A DNA stretch of 36,332 nucleotides, from the NCBI GenBank assembly GCA_964556105.1, contig CAZKWG010000003.1, forward strand, positions 1-36,332. Reading direction: 5' to 3'. Below, one piece after another: positions 32,867 through 36,332 of this stretch (positions are counted from its first letter, which is position 1; each line of letters begins with the position of its first letter). The notes under the pieces were generated by a model. It saw nothing but the letters and a program-made list of their open reading frames with translations. It was not told the origin of the DNA and did no database searches. A program made the translations under genes and the position numbers. The stretch comes from an uncultured Enterobacterales bacterium. GTDB taxonomy: Bacteria > Myxococcota_A > UBA796 > CAZKWG01.

Positions 32867-34681
32867 ATGGACCGGCTGCTGCGTCGCGTCGGGCGGCCGA
32901 GGGCGGCCGAAGCGGCGGCGTTCCTGCTCGGGGCGGTGGCCCTGACCTGGCCCATGGCCCGCGATCCCGGCGTCGCCGCGCTGGGGCACCCGCGCGCGGA
33001 CGGGCTCAAGCACCTGTGGAACCTGGCCTGGATGCGGCGCGAGCTGTGGGAGCAGGGGCGGCTGCCCTTCCACACGGACTGGCTGAACTGGCCCGTGGGC
33101 ATCGAGCTCTATCCCATCGAGCCGCTCAGCGGCCTCTTCGCGGCCTTGACCCCCGGGATCGCGCTGATCCCGCTCGCCAACCTGCTGGTGCTGCTCAACC
33201 TCTGGGCGACCGGCGTGGCGGGGGCCTGGTTCGGGCGGCAGCTCTCGGGGCGGGACGAGGGGGGCTGGGCCGCGGGCGCGATCCTGCAAGGATCAGCCGT
33301 GTTTGCTGGCTTCGTGCAGCTCGGGGTGGGTGAGCTCCACCACCTCTGGTGGCTGCCGCTCGGTCTGGGCTGGCTGGTGCGCGCGCGGCGGAGCGGCGGT
33401 CTGGGCGCCTTCGTGGCCCTCGGGCTCTGCCTCGCCGGCGCCACGCTGTCCGGCTTCTATATCGGCTTCTTCCTGGCCATCTCGGTGGCGGTCTGGGCGC
33501 TCCTGACCCTGGCGCCGCTGCGAGGCCGGACGCTGCTGGGGTACGCGCTGGCCGCCGGGCTCGGGCTGCTCATCATCCTGCCGGCGCTGCGCAGCTTCGG
33601 CGGGAGCTGGGAGCAGGGCGAGGTGGCCGATGTAGGCTTCCTCTCCTGGGTTCTGGACGAGCACGACCAGCCCGTCACCGACCCGCCCAGCGCCCGCCTG
33701 GAGCCGCTCCACCTGCTGAGCCCCGGCCGCCCGCTGGAGGGGATGCAGGAGGCCTACGGCGGCGGGCGCTACCTCGGGTGGGCGGCGTTGACGCTGGCCG
33801 TGTTCGGGCTGTGGCGCCGTCCCCGTGAGGCGGCGCCATGGCTCGTTCTCGGCCTCGTAGGTGTCATCCTGGCCATGGGCAGCGCCCTGGTCTCGGGCGG
33901 CGAGGAGCGGCTGGTGGGCGGAGAGCCCCTCTACCTGCCCACCTTCTGGCTGAACCGCGCGCTGGGCTGGGTAGCGGAGCCGCTCAATTTCCCGGTGCGA
34001 GCGCTGGGCGTCACGGCGATGGCCGTCGCCGCGCTGGGCGCGCTGGGGGCGCGGGGGAGGGCCACCTGGCTGGCGGGGCTCGCCGTGGTCGAGGTCGCCG
34101 CGCTGCAAGAGATCGACAGGCCCTGGCGGAGCTTCGCGCCCGAGGACGCCGCGGTCCTGGCGGAGGTGGCCGATCACCGGGGCCACGCGCTGGTGGACCT
34201 CGCGCTGATCTGGCGTGGGGACGCCGAGAACCGCTGGAGCGCCTTGTCCTCTCAGCTCGTGCATCAACACCCCATCCAGGCCGTGCCCATCGAGCGCATC
34301 GAGCACTTCGCCCCGGAGGGCGCGCGCTTCGTGGGTGCTCTGGGGCTGGTCGCCGATCTGGAGCCGCTGTACAACCGCCAGCCGGGCGGACTCCCGCGGG
34401 CAGTCCAGGACTATCGTGGTGATCTCGCGCTTCTGCGGGACGCCGGCTTCCACGAGCTGCTCGTGAACTACCGCGGCGGCCGCGAGCGCCTCCCCGACGG
34501 GCTGGTCGCGGCGCTCAGCGCGCTCTGCGGCGAGGCGCTGGCGCTGAGCGCCTCGCGCGGGCTGTGGGAGATCCCGGAGATTGCAGCCTCTAAAGAGGAG
34601 CTTCAGGCTTGGAAGGAGGCGCATGACCTGGCCGTCCAGGCGCGCGCCGCGCGCGAGCAGGGGCCCGGCCCGTCCTGGTAG
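32867..34681 (+). CDS. Polytopic membrane protein, YfhO-like / GT-C fold candidate
   Basis: LTWP, then DGLKHLWNLAW...LNWPVG loop, many TM segments, GRYLGW, LNFPVR, and a C-terminal soluble domain. Start ATG 32867 (32855 alternative). Confidence 0.6.
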   Translation: MDRLLRRVGRPRAAEAAAFLLGAVALTWPMARDPGVAALGHPRADGLKHLWNLAWMRRELWEQGRLPFHTDWLNWPVGIELYPIEPLSGLFAALTPGIALIPLANLLVLLNLWATGVAGAWFGRQLSGRDEGGWAAGAILQGSAVFAGFVQLGVGELHHLWWLPLGLGWLVRARRSGGLGAFVALGLCLAGATLSGFYIGFFLAISVAVWALLTLAPLRGRTLLGYALAAGLGLLIILPALRSFGGSWEQGEVADVGFLSWVLDEHDQPVTDPPSARLEPLHLLSPGRPLEGMQEAYGGGRYLGWAALTLAVFGLWRRPREAAPWLVLGLVGVILAMGSALVSGGEERLVGGEPLYLPTFWLNRALGWVAEPLNFPVRALGVTAMAVAALGALGARGRATWLAGLAVVEVAALQEIDRPWRSFAPEDAAVLAEVADHRGHALVDLALIWRGDAENRWSALSSQLVHQHPIQAVPIERIEHFAPEGARFVGALGLVADLEPLYNRQPGGLPRAVQDYRGDLALLRDAGFHELLVNYRGGRERLPDGLVAALSALCGEALALSASRGLWEIPEIAASKEELQAWKEAHDLAVQARAAREQGPGPSW

Positions 34682-34690
34682 CGGCCGCGC

Positions 34691-36004
34691 TCAGGGCCCC
34701 AGCCTGGCGTACCAGACCTCGCTCTGGCCGCGCACCCACCAGGCCCACACCACGTGGAACGTTCCATCCGGCGCGACGGCCAGGCTGGGCAGACCCGGCT
34801 TCTTTCCTTGCATCCCGGACACGCGCGCTGGCGCGCTCCAGGCGCCCTCCCGTCGCAGGCTGTAGACCAGATCGGCCTCCGCGCCTCCGTCCCAGCCCCA
34901 GACGGCGCAGAGCACGCCGTCCTCGTTCATCGCGATCTCCGGGTCATAGTGGTAGCCCCCCAGGCCGGCGCTCAGAGACGCGATCGCGCCGCCAGGGTCG
35001 CGCAGCAGGATGTGGAGCGGCTGGTCCATGATCCGGTGGAACCACGTCATCCAGGGGGCGCCGTCTCCCTGGAACGCGAAGTGGGGGCGCTCGCCCCAGG
35101 CCCGGCCTGCGCTGGCGTCCACGGCCGGCTCCCACGCGCCGTCGCGACCGATGGCGAAGACCACCTGATTCTCGCCGCCTCCGGGGCCGAGATCCCAGCC
35201 GGCGAGCACGCTCCCGTCGGGGCGACGCTCGACGTTGGTGTGCCAGGCCTCGCGCCCGTTCACCCCGCCAGGAGGGGAGGGGAGGGGGGTGACGGTCTCC
35301 CAGCGCCCGCCGCGTCGCCAGCGGCTCATCGCCTGAAAGGGGGCGCCGGGCGCCAGCGCGCGCTCGATCCAGACCACGGCCAGATCCTCGCCCGCGGCGT
35401 CGGCGACGTGCGCGCTCCCGACCTCGGCGCCCGCGGCCTCGTTGACCACCTCGGGCTCGGACCAGCTCCCGGCGCGCCAGGTCGAGACCAGCACGCGGCC
35501 CTCGTCCGAGCGGGCGGGCTCAGTGTGATCCCAGCTCACCACGGCGGAGCCATCCATTCTGACAACGAGATCGGGCCCCCAGTTCCGTCCTGAGGTGGAT
35601 CCGAAGGGCTCGGGCGGCGTGAACGCGCCCCAGGCGCACGGGAGCTCGGCGCCGCAGGCCGCCTGGACGGGGCGCAGCCGGTGGCGGAGCAGGTCGCCCG
35701 CCGCCGTCTGCGCGTAGTAGACGACGTGCAGCGCGCCGTCCGGCCCGGCGGCGATCTGGGGCCGGAGGCCGCCCTCCTCGGCGCTGATGCGCGAGAGCTC
35801 GCTCCAGCCGGCGGCCGCGCGCGGGCTCGACCCCGCGGGGGCGGGGCGATCGTGGAAGCGCGGGAAGCCGGTCGGGTCCTGAAGCGCCGCGCCGGAGACC
35901 TGGCCGGGGACGGGCGCGGGGGGCGGGGCGACGGCGGGCCGGGGCGCGCTGTGCTGCGCCGGCGCGGGGCCGTCGGAGGGTGAACAGGACAGCAGCCACC
36001 ACAT
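34691..36004 (-). CDS. Putative lipoprotein with beta-propeller (BNR/sialidase-like) repeats
   Basis: Repeated PxI/LxxxxDGxxxVxW/Y units (PQIAAGPDGALHVVY, PDLVVRMDGSAVVSW, PEIAMNEDGVLCAVW, PSLAVAPDGTFHVVW) with W-S-x-P turns. N-terminal MWWLLSC. GGAG RBS. Confidence 0.6.
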   Translation of the reverse strand: MWWLLSCSPSDGPAPAQHSAPRPAVAPPPAPVPGQVSGAALQDPTGFPRFHDRPAPAGSSPRAAAGWSELSRISAEEGGLRPQIAAGPDGALHVVYYAQTAAGDLLRHRLRPVQAACGAELPCAWGAFTPPEPFGSTSGRNWGPDLVVRMDGSAVVSWDHTEPARSDEGRVLVSTWRAGSWSEPEVVNEAAGAEVGSAHVADAAGEDLAVVWIERALAPGAPFQAMSRWRRGGRWETVTPLPSPPGGVNGREAWHTNVERRPDGSVLAGWDLGPGGGENQVVFAIGRDGAWEPAVDASAGRAWGERPHFAFQGDGAPWMTWFHRIMDQPLHILLRDPGGAIASLSAGLGGYHYDPEIAMNEDGVLCAVWGWDGGAEADLVYSLRREGAWSAPARVSGMQGKKPGLPSLAVAPDGTFHVVWAWWVRGQSEVWYARLGP

Positions 36005-36045
36005 GCTCGCTCCACGCCGCGGAGGGCAGTGTATCCTCTCCCGCG

Positions 36046-36332
36046 ATGGTGATGTCCTGCCGGCTGTGGATCCTCGCGCTCTCTGGCCTGGCCCTGGCCG
36101 CGCCCGCCCCGCTGGACGTGGTGGAGCTCCCCGCGACCACGTTCACGCTCGGGAGCGAGCGGCAGCCAGACGAGGGGCCGCCGCGGGCGCTGAACCTCCC
36201 CGCCTTCGCCATCGACCGGCGGGAGGTGCGGCTGGGCGATTACCGCGCGCTGGCGCCTGGCGGCGTCGGCCTGGGCCTGGACCACCCCGTCGTCGGCGTG
36301 ACCTGGGCCGAGGCGGACGCCCACTGCCGCGC
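36046..36332 (+). CDS. FGE-sulfatase (SUMF1) domain protein, secreted, truncated by the window end
   Basis: Own translation, not in the ORF track: MVMSCRLWILALSGLALAAP...LPATTFTLGS..PDEGP...LPAFAIDRREV...HPVVGVTWAEADAHCR matches the FGE-domain N-terminal pattern. Confidence 0.85.
   Translation, partial: MVMSCRLWILALSGLALAAPAPLDVVELPATTFTLGSERQPDEGPPRALNLPAFAIDRREVRLGDYRALAPGGVGLGLDHPVVGVTWAEADAHCR

Noticed and set aside
27551-33289. Long N-terminal extensions given by the ORF track for speE, the DAO oxidoreductase, the sulfatase-family protein and the GT-C-like protein (likewise nadK and dapF)
   Set aside because: The extensions overlap divergent neighbouring genes and carry no domain similarity. 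Starts were trimmed to where family motifs and promoter or RBS signals begin.
1-36332. CRISPR array, integrase/transposase or rRNA
   Set aside because: No regularly spaced repeats, recombinase or transposase motifs, or rRNA-like sequence were seen.

Overview
High-GC bacterial DNA that looks Myxococcota/deltaproteobacterial, inferred from a TIGR02266-like PilZ-type protein, myxobacterial-style secreted proteins and overall gene content. Left end (1-2188): accessory or decayed material at the 3' end of a tRNA-Sec (selC). It includes a Schlafen/AlbA_2 gene, a sigma-70 region-4 fragment and a broken vapBC pair bracketed by a 16-bp direct repeat of the tRNA 3' end. Centre (6-20.5 kb): a candidate cell-envelope or lipid tailoring locus with three cobalamin-binding radical SAM genes, a NodU/CmcH carbamoyltransferase, a GT-C-like membrane protein, an MMPL/RND transporter next to a predicted outer-membrane barrel, an NlpC/P60-CHAP lipoprotein, NAD kinase and a DapF homologue with both catalytic Cys replaced by Ser. 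Right half: a P450 plus GNAT-like pair divergent from a Bacteroidetes-style hybrid two-component AraC regulator, speE-speD, a DAO-family oxidoreductase, a MATE exporter preceded by a candidate Val-rich leader-peptide attenuator, and a Thr-type sulfatase-family / GT-C / propeller / FGE-domain group. Several genes look leaderless (TAnnnT 6-8 nt before the start), and two divergent pairs share an overlapping bidirectional -10 motif. All calls come from motif recognition by eye; no searches were run.
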